Part shown: piece after piece, positions 1 to 9,306 of the stretch
Layout of the letters: each line of letters begins with the position of its first letter
Position numbering within the stretch: the first letter of the stretch is position 1
From: a virus
IMG/VR virus record: IMGVR_UViG_3300009155_000044
Coordinates: 1-64,000 of that record
Direction: 5' to 3' (one strand)
Length of the DNA: 64,000 bases
Notes under the pieces: model-generated
Database searches by the model: none
What the model saw: the letters and a program-made list of their open reading frames with translations, nothing else
Told to the model about the DNA's origin: nothing
Made by a program: the position numbers and the translations under genes

Positions 1-60
1 TTCTCTTTTTGCGCTGAAGCTAGAGGATTTAAAGTTACGAAATCATCTTTTAATGATGAA

Positions 61-447
61 ATGAATCATATAGATTTTTACATTCAGTCCTCCGAAAACG
101 TTAAAGTTTCTGTAGATGTTAAAAGTAGAAAAAAAATTAATCGTGCAGATGATAAAGTCAACGATGATTTAATTTGGATTGAATTTAAAAACGTTCAAGG
201 TCGCAATGGATGGCTGTATGGCAAAGCTGATTTTATTTGTTTTGAGAGAGAAAATGATTTCATCATGGTGAATCGAAAATCTTTGGCTAAACTTTCTGAA
301 AAACTTGTTGACACTTCCCTGATCAACGTGCATCGTTCCGCTCCTCTCTATACTGGCTACCAACGAAAAAATCGCAAAGATCTTCTCTCTCTCATAAAAA
401 TAACTGACATAATAGACAACATAAAACACATCATATTCACAAAATGA
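61..447 (+). CDS. hypothetical protein, possibly PD-(D/E)XK-like nuclease; may start upstream of the window
   Basis: ORF track; motifs VDVKSRK and IWIEFKN..G..GWL; frame is open back to base 1. Confidence 0.55.
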   Translation: MNHIDFYIQSSENVKVSVDVKSRKKINRADDKVNDDLIWIEFKNVQGRNGWLYGKADFICFERENDFIMVNRKSLAKLSEKLVDTSLINVHRSAPLYTGYQRKNRKDLLSLIKITDIIDNIKHIIFTK

Positions 448-707
448 TTGCTAAACTCATCGAATCAAGCTTCAACTTCACGCAACTAGATCCACTCTCA
501 TCTTATCCAATACAATTAACTTGTTTGCTAAATAAATATTTGCCAAATATTGTTCTTCATAATGTTTTAATTAACAATATTGAATACAAGATGGAAATCA
601 AGAAAACCTATTTCATCTCTGATGAAATCATTTTAATTCATGGCTTCTTATCTTGTGAAAATGAACTTGGACTAGTAACTTTTGAACTCTCTCTTTCTAA
701 CAACTAA
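444..707 (+). CDS. hypothetical protein
   Basis: ORF overlapping the previous stop (ATGA), operon-like. Confidence 0.55.
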   Translation: MIAKLIESSFNFTQLDPLSSYPIQLTCLLNKYLPNIVLHNVLINNIEYKMEIKKTYFISDEIILIHGFLSCENELGLVTFELSLSNN

Positions 708-950
708 ATGAGATCTATGACATTAAAAAATCGAATTGATGAAATTGATGCTACTGGGCTTGATGCTTTGTGGGCAATTTTAAAATATAAAGAAATTGGC
801 ATTTTGCGAAAAGTAAAGTGCATGGCTTATGTTTTGAATGTTGACTCAGATGAATTAATCAGCCAACTGCCACAAGACGAAGGTCGCCTTCTAGACCAAC
901 CAACCAGAACTGAAATTCACAAACATCTACTCGCTCGCTCTAAAAACTAA
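708..950 (+). CDS. hypothetical protein
   Basis: ORF abutting its neighbours (TAAATG). Confidence 0.6.
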   Translation: MRSMTLKNRIDEIDATGLDALWAILKYKEIGILRKVKCMAYVLNVDSDELISQLPQDEGRLLDQPTRTEIHKHLLARSKN

Positions 951-1162
951 TGAATAGTTCATACTATATCTTTTCTCCAAATGGAGAATTCATTCAATCT
1001 TACAATGAAGCTCTTGAAGATTCTTTCAAGTGGGCTAAATGCTGCGCTAATCAGTGTAATGGATACATTATGAGAGTAGTGACACAAGGCAAAGATAGAA
1101 TTTCTTCTGAGTTTGTTTGGGGGCAAACTCCCGAAATGCCTTCCCCTCACGGGAATGATTAA
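950..1162 (+). CDS. hypothetical protein
   Basis: ORF coupled to the previous stop (TAATG). Confidence 0.55.
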   Translation: MNSSYYIFSPNGEFIQSYNEALEDSFKWAKCCANQCNGYIMRVVTQGKDRISSEFVWGQTPEMPSPHGND

Positions 1163-1241
1163 AGAGAAATGAAAATCTCTTTTTGCTAGTTACTTGCGCT
1201 CTCCTCATGGCTCCATGCCGTGAGGAGAGCATTCGTTACTA

Positions 1242-1820
1242 TTGATTGTTTATATGAATGCAGTAGATCCAAATGCTAAAGTTTCTTTACTTTTAAATAG
1301 CGCATGGCAACCAGTTTGTGCTGTCACTGCTCGCGCAGCTTTTTTACATATTTTAAAAGAGAGAGTGGGTGCTGTTGATGCTAATCAAAATATATTTTCC
1401 ACTTTTTCTCAGTGGATTAAAAATGGTTCATTTTTTGAGAATCAACCAGTTTTAAGAAGCTCTCAAAAGTCTTGGCCAATTCCCACAATCATTGTGGTTA
1501 CTCACAAGTTTTTTCGCCAATACAAAAAGACTAAGCTATCTCTTGGCGAATTAGCAAAAATTTATAATTATAGATGTCAGTATTGTTTAAATAAATTTAA
1601 ACTTTCAGAGTTGACAATTGATCATATAATTCCTAGAAGTGCTGGTGGAGCGGATGATCATAACAATAGAACTCTTGCTTGCACAAAATGTAATAATCGA
1701 AAAGGAAGTCAATTCCCATTTTTTAACATTAAAAATGAACAAGTGAATGCTCCACCTATTCCAGCTTTTGTTTTAAATGCTAATGCGCAAAGAGAAGAGT
1801 GGAAAGATTTTTTAATTTAA
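1242..1820 (+). CDS. HNH endonuclease (McrA-like, VLLLN...P N-terminal type)
   Basis: CQYC...LTIDHIIPRS.GG..DHNN...ACTKCNNRKG motif. Confidence 0.9.
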   Translation: MIVYMNAVDPNAKVSLLLNSAWQPVCAVTARAAFLHILKERVGAVDANQNIFSTFSQWIKNGSFFENQPVLRSSQKSWPIPTIIVVTHKFFRQYKKTKLSLGELAKIYNYRCQYCLNKFKLSELTIDHIIPRSAGGADDHNNRTLACTKCNNRKGSQFPFFNIKNEQVNAPPIPAFVLNANAQREEWKDFLI

Positions 1821-1826
1821 TTTATT

Positions 1827-1946
1827 ATGAATAAAGAAGCAGGTAAAGGATCAAAACTTCGCAAAGGTGCAAACTTAAAAGCTTATAGAGACAACTATGA
1901 TAAAATCTTTCGTAAAGTTGAAGATCCAAAAAATCTCAAAAAATAG
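1827..1946 (+). CDS. small basic phage peptide (39 aa, GKGSKLRKG...YRDNYDKIF)
   Basis: Translated by hand; below the ORF-track cutoff; AT-rich start context. Confidence 0.5.
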   Translation: MNKEAGKGSKLRKGANLKAYRDNYDKIFRKVEDPKNLKK

Positions 1947-1979
1947 TTGACGAGACATAAATCCTCGGCATATTAAAGC

Positions 1980-2891
1980 ATGAACTTATCCCTTTGCTGT
2001 ATCTCAAAAAGTCTCTCTGATGAAGGTCATCGTTTCAAAACAATGACTTACACTCAGTTTTGTAAAAAATCCCAAGATGAATCCATGAATGAATTGTGCG
2101 CTCGCATTTTGCACAATTTTAAAATTACTCATCGCACAATTAAATATTGCCAAGAAAACTACATTCAAGGATATCGACTCTCCTCATCTCTTGCTCCTGT
2201 TCTCACTCATAAAAATGTTAATTTAAAGATTAGCGATCTTCCAAATTATCCTTCAATTGTGCAAGAGTGCGAAAGTATTCAGCAAACATTGCAGAAACAG
2301 TATCTACGAATTTCTGCTCATCCTAGCGAGTATATCACGCTGAGTTCTTTGGATGAAAATTGCATCAAAAATAGCATTCTTGATTTAGAGCAACATGCTG
2401 AAATTTTTGAGTTACTTGGCTTGCCTAAAAGTTATCAGAATCCATTGAATATTCACATTCGACAAGATGGAGATCCAGTAGGCATCTCAAAAAGAGTGAT
2501 GAAAGTTTACGACTCTCTTCCCAACTCTGTTCGCAATCGACTAGTGATTGAAAACAACGATAATGCTAAAGGAGTTTGGAGCATTAAAAATCTTCTTAAA
2601 TACTTTCCCAATATTCCAATCACGTTCGATACTCTTCATCACAAACTATTAAGCGATGATTGGACTCATGACTACGCTTTTCACTCAGCAGCAGACTCTT
2701 GGACCTTTTTCACTCCATTGTTTCATTACTCAGAGGGCATTGTAGAGAAGGGTAAAGAAACTCGTAAACATGCTGACATGCCAACGAGTTATCCTACAAA
2801 TTATAATCGTCCAGTATTTTGGGATGTTGAATTAAAACACAAGTGCCACGCTATTTTTAAAATTCGTCAATTAGCAGCAAATAATTTGTAA
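1980..2891 (+). CDS. uvsE: UV-damage endonuclease (UvsE/UVDE family)
   Basis: LCC..., YRLSSSL.P, RISAHPSEYITLSS, IENND, FDTLHH, HYSEG, HAD, DVELKHK motifs. Confidence 0.9.
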   Translation: MNLSLCCISKSLSDEGHRFKTMTYTQFCKKSQDESMNELCARILHNFKITHRTIKYCQENYIQGYRLSSSLAPVLTHKNVNLKISDLPNYPSIVQECESIQQTLQKQYLRISAHPSEYITLSSLDENCIKNSILDLEQHAEIFELLGLPKSYQNPLNIHIRQDGDPVGISKRVMKVYDSLPNSVRNRLVIENNDNAKGVWSIKNLLKYFPNIPITFDTLHHKLLSDDWTHDYAFHSAADSWTFFTPLFHYSEGIVEKGKETRKHADMPTSYPTNYNRPVFWDVELKHKCHAIFKIRQLAANNL

Positions 2892-2972
2892 TTTCAGCTT
2901 GCATAATGACTCAGTCCTGCTATATTAGTTGCAGGTATAACTAATTGCTATTTCCAACACAACTACATTGCT

Positions 2973-3668
2973 ATGAAACTAATTAAATTGTTTATTTATT
3001 CTAATTTAGCCTTGATGGAACTCTGTTCTTGCTCGAACCCATTATTTAAATTGCGCAATTTCAAAGCTAATCTTGAAAAGGATGCTATTGCATATTCAGC
3101 TGACCCAGTGTCATACCCAACAGTAGTAGTTAATAATAGTTTTTTAAAAAAATCATCAAGCAAAAAGCCAGTTCAAGCTTCAAACAAACAAAAAATTTCA
3201 TCCTCTTATAATGTCACGAAACCTTATCCAATAACTGCGAAAGACTTGGATAAAATCCTACAAGGAAAACTTCGTAATAAGGGTCAAGACATTATTGATA
3301 TCAGTAAAAAATATAAAATTTGTCCATTATTTTTAACTGCAATTTGCTGTCATGAAAGTAGCAATGGATCATCTGTTTATGCTCAAAAATATAATAATGT
3401 GAGCGGTCAAATGAAACGCGATAAATCTTCTGGTAAATGGGGACCATTAAAATTTGCATCTGTGAATGAATGTTTAAATCGAACCGCATCAAACTTAAAA
3501 GAAAATTATATTGATGGTGGAAGAGTTACCATTTCTAAAATTCAAGCTAAGTACTGCCCAATTATCACTAATAAAAAAAGCAAAGACTATAATGATTCTC
3601 GCGGTGTAAATCAATATTGGGATAGTGGAATTCAAAAATGGATGACTAGAATACAGTGCGGAAAATAG
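2973..3668 (+). CDS. glucosaminidase/lysozyme-fold peptidoglycan hydrolase
   Basis: KY.ICP.FL.AI..HES..G.S......NNV.G...FASV.ECL pattern; N-terminal hydrophobic segment. Confidence 0.65.
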   Translation: MKLIKLFIYSNLALMELCSCSNPLFKLRNFKANLEKDAIAYSADPVSYPTVVVNNSFLKKSSSKKPVQASNKQKISSSYNVTKPYPITAKDLDKILQGKLRNKGQDIIDISKKYKICPLFLTAICCHESSNGSSVYAQKYNNVSGQMKRDKSSGKWGPLKFASVNECLNRTASNLKENYIDGGRVTISKIQAKYCPIITNKKSKDYNDSRGVNQYWDSGIQKWMTRIQCGK

Positions 3669-3909
3669 ACTTGGCTTTAATAATTTATAATTACAAAACT
3701 ACTCTCACTCTTTAAAATCATGAACACTCTATTAATATTTTTATACATCATTTTCTATACGATTATTGTTGTACCAATTTCTTTATTTTGCGACTGGAGA
3801 AAAAAAACTTTTCCAAAGTTTCTCGATAAATTTCTTAGCTTATTAGAGCGTAAAATGGGCTTGTAAGATTTATCTGGAAAAAATCTCTCATTGTAATACT
3901 ATATCTCAT

Positions 3910-3982
3910 GGGGATGTAACTCAGCTGGTAGAGTGGTAGCTTTGCAAGCTATTTGTCTGGGGTTCGAATCCCCACTTCTCCA
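3910..3982 (+). tRNA. tRNA-Ala(TGC)
   Basis: Cloverleaf GGGGATG...CTTCTCC A with G3-U70; anticodon loop TT TGC AA; T loop TTCGAAT. Confidence 0.9.
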
Positions 3983-3989
3983 CTCATTT

Positions 3990-4061
3990 GCCTTCGTAGC
4001 TTAATGGTGAAGCGCCTCATTTGTAATGAGGATATTGCGGGTTCAAGTCCTGCCGAAGGCC
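3990..4061 (+). tRNA. tRNA-Thr(TGT)
   Basis: GCCTTCG/CGAAGGC acceptor; CCTCA TT TGT AA TGAGG anticodon arm. Confidence 0.92.
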
Positions 4062-4083
4062 CACTTTTTTAATATTTTATTTC

Positions 4084-4171
4084 GGGTAGATGCCAGAGAG
4101 GCCAAATGGAGCAGACTGTAAATCTGTTAGCGTAATCGCTTTCGTAGGTTCAAATCCTACTCTACCCACCA
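4084..4171 (+). tRNA. tRNA-Tyr(GTA)
   Basis: GGGTAGA/TCTACCC ACCA; GCAGA CT GTA AA TCTGT; long variable arm. Confidence 0.93.
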
Positions 4172-4247
4172 ATTTTTATGTTTACTTTTTTTTTATGTAG
4201 TTTATTATTTTGTCTAGGATTTTTAGTTTATTCATTACTCACAATCA

Positions 4248-4838
4248 ATGAATAAATTTTCTCCTAATTTTAAAGTTTTTCATAGTTGGGCTTGTAAATA
4301 TGCTCGCAAGCACAATAAAAAAATAGACATTCGACCAACATTTTATGTTCGCAATGGCGGGAATTGTTTGGGATATTGCGATGGAGACACAATGGTTGTG
4401 GCTAGAAAAGATGAGCTTTTCGAGGATACTTTTGTTCATGAATTTTCTCATTTGATGCAAGCAGTTAATAGAATCCCTTTATGGAGAGATGGTCATGATG
4501 ATTCTTTTTATTGTGATTTAAAATCTAAATCAGTCTCTATGAATAGTTGGAGTTCTTTTTGGCAAATTTTAACTATTGAACATGATTGCGAATTTCGTGC
4601 AATTAAATTGGTCAAACGGTGGAATCTGGGATGTGATAAAAAATACGCTCAAAGAGCAAATGCTCATTTGTATTATTTATGCTATCTATTTATTAATAAT
4701 AGTGAAATTCCATATGATCAATCATTTCCAGACATCACTGACAAAATGCCAAAAACTCTTTGTAGTTTGCAGTCTTTTAAAAAGATAGATATGAACATCA
4801 TGGAATTCATTTTTGAAAAATGCAATCCTATTCAGTAA
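4248..4838 (+). CDS. hypothetical protein with HExxH motif (putative metallopeptidase)
   Basis: FVHEFSHLMQ motif; ORF lies inside the tRNA cluster. Confidence 0.6.
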   Translation: MNKFSPNFKVFHSWACKYARKHNKKIDIRPTFYVRNGGNCLGYCDGDTMVVARKDELFEDTFVHEFSHLMQAVNRIPLWRDGHDDSFYCDLKSKSVSMNSWSSFWQILTIEHDCEFRAIKLVKRWNLGCDKKYAQRANAHLYYLCYLFINNSEIPYDQSFPDITDKMPKTLCSLQSFKKIDMNIMEFIFEKCNPIQ

Positions 4839-4882
4839 TATATCTATATGGCTCTTCCAAAACCTAAAAACCATCTAAACAT

Positions 4883-4957
4883 TCCCATGTAGCTCAACGG
4901 CAGAGCGATTCCCTGTTAAGGAATAAGTTGTAGGTTCGAATCCTACTGTGGGAGCCA
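4883..4957 (+). tRNA. tRNA-Asn(GTT)
   Basis: TCCCATG/TGTGGGA GCCA; ATTCC CT GTT AA GGAAT. Confidence 0.92.
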
Positions 4958-4967
4958 CTTTAATAAC

Positions 4968-5041
4968 AGGCTTATAGCTCAATTGGCAGAGTGTGGTTCT
5001 CCAAAAACCATGGGTTGTAGGTTCGAATCCTGCTAAGCCTG
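4968..5041 (+). tRNA. tRNA-Trp(CCA)
   Basis: AGGCTTA/TAAGCCT G; TGGTT CT CCA AA AACCA. Confidence 0.92.
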
Positions 5042-5057
5042 CAATTTTTATAATAAT

Positions 5058-5252
5058 ATGATTGATACAAGCGATTTCACCTCTCTACAATCTGATCAAA
5101 ATCTCATTAAAAAACTAATGAATCTCTCCATTGAGAGTGAATCAGATCAAAAAACCCTCTATTTCATTTTGAAGAATGATAAATTCTCTCAAGCTCAAAG
5201 AGACTGGATGAATACTTTACTCTTTAGAAAAGGAAGTTCTTTCTCACTTTGA
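5058..5252 (+). CDS. hypothetical protein
   Basis: ORF track, 64 aa. Confidence 0.5.
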   Translation: MIDTSDFTSLQSDQNLIKKLMNLSIESESDQKTLYFILKNDKFSQAQRDWMNTLLFRKGSSFSL

Positions 5253-5313
5253 TTTTAAATAATTTTTGATACTAATGAGTAGTTATTATCAAGAAAACAA
5301 AACAACAACACAT

Positions 5314-5802
5314 ATGAAAAACACAATTAAAGCAATCGTATTTGCCCTCGTTTCCTCTATTTCTGCATTGCAAGCAGGAGAGCCGCCTCTTCCACAAGTT
5401 GTAGCTTATGAACCAAGCGTGAAAGTTAATGCATTTGCAGCATCTCTTTTGAATGAAGATGCTGATGCAACTTATGGTGGCGGAGTTTCCATTGAAACTT
5501 TGAGCATCGATAGTGTAGGCTTACGAGCATCTCTTCTCGCTCTTGAAGATGAGACATTTACACTTGGTTTGAGCGCTCTTTACACAGTGCCAGTTAGCCA
5601 AACCTTTGGAATTTATAGTTTAGCAGGAGTAGACTATGAAGTTGATCAAGCATTTTGGAGCGCTTCTCTTGGTGGTGGAGTTACTGTGGCTCTCTCTCAG
5701 CGAGTCGATTTGTTCGTTGAAACTTCTTACAGCTTTGCTCTGGATACAGACAACAAGGACAAAGCTTGGGGAGTATCTGCTGGCGTAGGAGTTAAGTTCT
5801 AA
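5314..5802 (+). CDS. outer-membrane beta-barrel protein (OmpA/porin-like) with signal peptide
   Basis: Signal peptide MKNTIKAIVFALVSSISALQA; alternating beta strands; C-terminal GVGVKF (terminal Phe typical of OMPs). Confidence 0.75.
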   Translation: MKNTIKAIVFALVSSISALQAGEPPLPQVVAYEPSVKVNAFAASLLNEDADATYGGGVSIETLSIDSVGLRASLLALEDETFTLGLSALYTVPVSQTFGIYSLAGVDYEVDQAFWSASLGGGVTVALSQRVDLFVETSYSFALDTDNKDKAWGVSAGVGVKF

Positions 5803-5807
5803 TTTAA

Positions 5808-5895
5808 GATGGGATGGCTGAGAGGTTTAAAGTAGCGCTTTGCTAAAGCGCCGTAGCCTTAAAAGCTACCGAGAGTTCGAATCTCTCTCTCATCG
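5808..5895 (+). tRNA. tRNA-Ser(GCT)
   Basis: GATGGGA/TCTCATC G; GCGCT TT GCT AA AGCGC; long variable arm. Confidence 0.9.
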
Positions 5896-5901
5896 CTCTT
5901 T

Positions 5902-5975
5902 GCGGGTATAGCTTAGTGGTAAAGTCCTAGTTTTCCAAACTAGCTATGCGGGTTCAATTCCCGCTGCCCGCTCCA
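5902..5975 (+). tRNA. tRNA-Gly(TCC)
   Basis: GCGGGTA/TGCCCGC TCCA; CTAGT TT TCC AA ACTAG. Confidence 0.93.
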
Positions 5976-5976
5976 A

Positions 5977-6050
5977 AGACTCATAGCTCAGCTGGTTAGA
6001 GCATCGCTTTGATAAAGCGAAGGTCATTGGTTCAAGTCCAATTGAGTCTA
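5977..6050 (+). tRNA. tRNA-Ile(GAT)
   Basis: AGACTCA/TGAGTCT A; TCGCT TT GAT AA AGCGA. Confidence 0.92.
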
Positions 6051-6056
6051 CTTTTA

Positions 6057-6141
6057 GGATGTGTGGTCGAGCGGTCTAAGTCAGCAGACTTGAAATCTGC
6101 CGTAGCGAGAGCTACCGAGAGTTCGAATCTCTCCGCATCCG
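6057..6141 (+). tRNA. tRNA-Ser(TGA)
   Basis: GGATGTG/CGCATCC G; GCAGA CT TGA AA TCTGC; long variable arm. Confidence 0.92.
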
Positions 6142-6150
6142 TTATTTATA

Positions 6151-6181
6151 AAAGTGCAATTCGCAAGGATTGCACTTTTTT
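6151..6181. terminator. bidirectional intrinsic terminator
   Basis: AAAAGTGCAAT TCGCAAGG ATTGCACTTTT hairpin between convergent units. Confidence 0.7.
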
Positions 6182-6184
6182 TAT

Positions 6185-6916
6185 TTATTCATGAACTGCT
6201 GATCCTCGTCTAATAATGTATTTTTTATCTACATTTTTTAATGTATTATTTTTTACAAATACTTGAGTTTTACCATCTATATTTAAAAAAGTTGGCACAT
6301 TTTCAATAAAGCAGTTTTCCACTTTAGCATCGCCATGTTTTCTGGACGTACTCTCACCTATTCTAATAGCAGTGATGCCTCCTGTTATATAGCAGTCTTT
6401 AATGATTAATCCTACCGCTCCATTAATTTGACAACTCTTATCTCCTTTTGAGTTGTTATAAAATTTACAATTTAAAATTTTAAAATTATAACTTTTATCT
6501 TTAATATTTGAAATATAATCTTCGCTAACTCCAGTAAACAATATATTTTCAATTGTTACATTAGGAACTTGAACAACGATTCCTCCAGGAATATTTACTA
6601 TATAGCCATTTTTTAAAGTATAATTAGAAAGGTATAATCTAATTGGAGTATTAGATTCATTTTGACTATTTGATGATTTTTTCAAATTGGAGCCGTCTAA
6701 ACATCCTCCTTGCAAATCAATTACGTTGCCTATAATTTTTACTTTATTATTAGTTGCTTCTTTAACATCATTGATGCTATTCCAAACTGGAGTTCCAGTT
6801 AGTTTGATAGTGTACTTTGGTGTAAAACTAAGCTGATTTCCACTATATTTTGGACTTAAACTAGTGGATAATCCAACTAATGTTGCACAGAAAATTGATA
6901 ATAATTGTTCGATCAT
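6185..6916 (-). CDS. secreted right-handed beta-helix protein, pectate-lyase (PL3)-like
   Basis: Signal-like N-terminus; repeated (I/V)xNxxF beta-helix rungs; SED and GDK motifs reminiscent of PL3. Confidence 0.6.
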   Translation of the reverse strand: MIEQLLSIFCATLVGLSTSLSPKYSGNQLSFTPKYTIKLTGTPVWNSINDVKEATNNKVKIIGNVIDLQGGCLDGSNLKKSSNSQNESNTPIRLYLSNYTLKNGYIVNIPGGIVVQVPNVTIENILFTGVSEDYISNIKDKSYNFKILNCKFYNNSKGDKSCQINGAVGLIIKDCYITGGITAIRIGESTSRKHGDAKVENCFIENVPTFLNIDGKTQVFVKNNTLKNVDKKYIIRRGSAVHE

Positions 6917-7027
6917 ATTAATTAATTTAAAAAAGACTAAATTTAATTTAAAAAGTTATACTTTACGCGTCATAAACAAGACTATCCGAACCATATACTA
7001 GAGCATCACCTCCACAAACTAAAGAAT

Positions 7028-7273
7028 TTAATTCAGCTGATTAACGGTGAGGCCAGCGAGTCTAAAGCCAGCATCATAAGGAGTAATGAGCAAACTAAAA
7101 AATCTTAAATTATAAACTCTACGATTAAATTCTCTAATTAAATGATCGTTAAAATCTACAAAAGAAGTTGCGCTCGCAAGTGCAGCTAAAACATTAGTTT
7201 GATAACTCTGCCAATCAGCAAGAACTGAAGATTTTTCAGAGTGAATCATAGACTGAAGAAAACGAGGATGCAT
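7028..7273 (-). CDS. hypothetical protein
   Basis: ORF with a GTGTAA motif just upstream on the minus strand. Confidence 0.55.
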   Translation of the reverse strand: MHPRFLQSMIHSEKSSVLADWQSYQTNVLAALASATSFVDFNDHLIREFNRRVYNLRFFSLLITPYDAGFRLAGLTVNQLN

Positions 7274-7344
7274 GAATATTTTTACACGTTTAAAATGATG
7301 AGTGTATAATATAATGAAACAATAATATAATAATAAAATAAATT

Positions 7345-7716
7345 ATGGCAATTCCAGCACAAAACCCAACAAATATTCCCGCAGTTCAAGAAAAATCATT
7401 CTTTGATCTGTGGCTTTATAACATTAATATTCATGCTCCAGCAGTTAATTCGGGGCGAATTTATATTGAAGCTCTTCCTTATAATCCAGACATTCAAGAA
7501 ATTGGTCCATCTTCAGGATTGGAAGTGATCTCTACTGATTCTTTGTTTCAAGCAGCTTACGATGTTCCAGAAGTGGGCATTGCTTATCAAGCAGTCATCA
7601 ATGCTATTGTTCCATTGAGAGAGTGGATAGCTATGCAAAATGCTCCTAAAGCTCCCCTTGTCATTGAGGAGATTCCAGAAGTTTTAACAGAAGTACCGAT
7701 AGAAGAAACAGTCTAA
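7345..7716 (+). CDS. hypothetical protein (late, possibly virion-associated)
   Basis: ORF track; AGTGTA motif upstream. Confidence 0.65.
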   Translation: MAIPAQNPTNIPAVQEKSFFDLWLYNINIHAPAVNSGRIYIEALPYNPDIQEIGPSSGLEVISTDSLFQAAYDVPEVGIAYQAVINAIVPLREWIAMQNAPKAPLVIEEIPEVLTEVPIEETV

Positions 7717-7717
7717 T

Positions 7718-9283
7718 ATGAATATTCAATCTTTAATCAAAAGAGTTCAAGCATCTTTAAATTTAGAAGTGGATGGAATTGCTGGTCCCGCTACTTGGCA
7801 AGCTATTGCTGATAAACTAACTCCCGCTCTCAAAGAATCAGTGAGTGTTTCAGTTGTTAAAACTAATTCCTTGGCTAAAAAACTTGTAGAGCTTGCAAGA
7901 GAAGAAGTGGGAGTTGAAGAAGTTGACGGAACAAATTGTGGTCCAAGAGTTAATGAATATAAATCAGCAACAACTTTAAGTCCAAATGCTAGCTGGCCTT
8001 GGTGTTTTGATGAATCAGTTGATATTTTAACTGAAAATGGCTGGCGCAGTTTAAAAAAAATCGTTTCTTCAAAAGAAAAAATCAAAATAGCTCAAGTAGA
8101 TCAAAGCAATTTAGACATTACTTTTGACTATCCAACTGATTATATTCATAAAACAACAGATAATGCCTCTCAAGTTAAAGCTAGGGGGCTAAATTTTATA
8201 TGCGACAAGAATCATGAATTTTTTGCTTCTAAAAATAAAAGAAATTCTTCTCCAGATTTAATCGCGCTGTCTGAAATTCAATCATTTGTAAGCATCCCAT
8301 CTTGTTTTATAGCTTCAAAATATAATCAAAAGTATTCTGAATTAGATTTGGATTTTATTGCAGCTTTTGTGGCAGACGGATCTTTTCATCAAAGAAGTGA
8401 AAATCATAAACAAAAAATTCGCATACAAGTTAGTAAAGATCGTAAAGTTGAAGTTTTAAAATGTCATAATGGTTCATTTTATGAAGCTAAAAAAGTTTAT
8501 GGAAATAGTAAAAAGCCATTAACAACATTTGAATTTCACATTCCAGAATACTTTGATGAAATTTTCTCTGATTATAAGGAATTTAAATGGGAATGGGTTT
8601 TTTCTTTATGTTCAGAACAAATGAAATTCTTTTTAGAGAGATATTCTTTTTGGGATGGATGTTATGAAAGAAAAAATATTAGTACGTGTCGAGAACAAAA
8701 TCATGATATTTTTGTAGCAATGGGCATTATGGCGGGTATGCATCCAAATAGCTCTCGTAGAACAGTTAAAAGTGGCAAAACATGTTTTGAAATTTCTCTT
8801 GGAAATAAAAAAACTAGAACGCTCCAAGCATCTAATATTCATGAATACAATGAAAAAATTGAATTATATTGCGTAACAATGCCCAAGGGTCTTATTATTG
8901 TTAGAGATAGCAAAGGCACTCCATTTTTAACTGGTAATTGCGCTGCCTTTATTTGTTGGTTATTCAGGGAGACTATGAAAAACTCTAAATATTCTTTTTC
9001 TAGACCAACAACTGCTAGCGCATGGGGTTTTGAAAAGTGGGCTAGAGAAGAAAATGATTCTATCAAACTGCAAAAACCACACAACAATGACATTCAATCT
9101 GGCGACATTGTAATCTTTACTTTTTCGCACATTGGATTAGCAATTTCGGGAGTGGATTCTTCTGGTTATGTTCAAACAATAGAGGGCAATACTGACGGTG
9201 AAGGTAGTCGAGAAGGAGGTGCTGTTTTGCGAAAGAAACGCCACATTTCACAAATTCGCAGTAGAATTCGTACTTTTGAATAA
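7718..9283 (+). CDS. endolysin-like PG-binding + CHAP amidase, interrupted by an intein
   Basis: VDGIAGPATW PG-binding motif; exteins rejoin as WPW|CAAF (CHAP Cys) with SHIG and TIEGNT motifs. Confidence 0.88.
   Translation: MNIQSLIKRVQASLNLEVDGIAGPATWQAIADKLTPALKESVSVSVVKTNSLAKKLVELAREEVGVEEVDGTNCGPRVNEYKSATTLSPNASWPWCFDESVDILTENGWRSLKKIVSSKEKIKIAQVDQSNLDITFDYPTDYIHKTTDNASQVKARGLNFICDKNHEFFASKNKRNSSPDLIALSEIQSFVSIPSCFIASKYNQKYSELDLDFIAAFVADGSFHQRSENHKQKIRIQVSKDRKVEVLKCHNGSFYEAKKVYGNSKKPLTTFEFHIPEYFDEIFSDYKEFKWEWVFSLCSEQMKFFLERYSFWDGCYERKNISTCREQNHDIFVAMGIMAGMHPNSSRRTVKSGKTCFEISLGNKKTRTLQASNIHEYNEKIELYCVTMPKGLIIVRDSKGTPFLTGNCAAFICWLFRETMKNSKYSFSRPTTASAWGFEKWAREENDSIKLQKPHNNDIQSGDIVIFTFSHIGLAISGVDSSGYVQTIEGNTDGEGSREGGAVLRKKRHISQIRSRIRTFE
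8003..8938 (+). mobile_element. intein (312 aa) with degenerate LAGLIDADG endonuclease
   Basis: Starts CFDESVDILTENGW; FIAAFVADG and FLERYSFWDG blocks; ends LYCVT...TGN before Cys+1. Confidence 0.88.
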
Positions 9284-9306
9284 ATATTAGTGTAATAAAT
9301 AGTATT

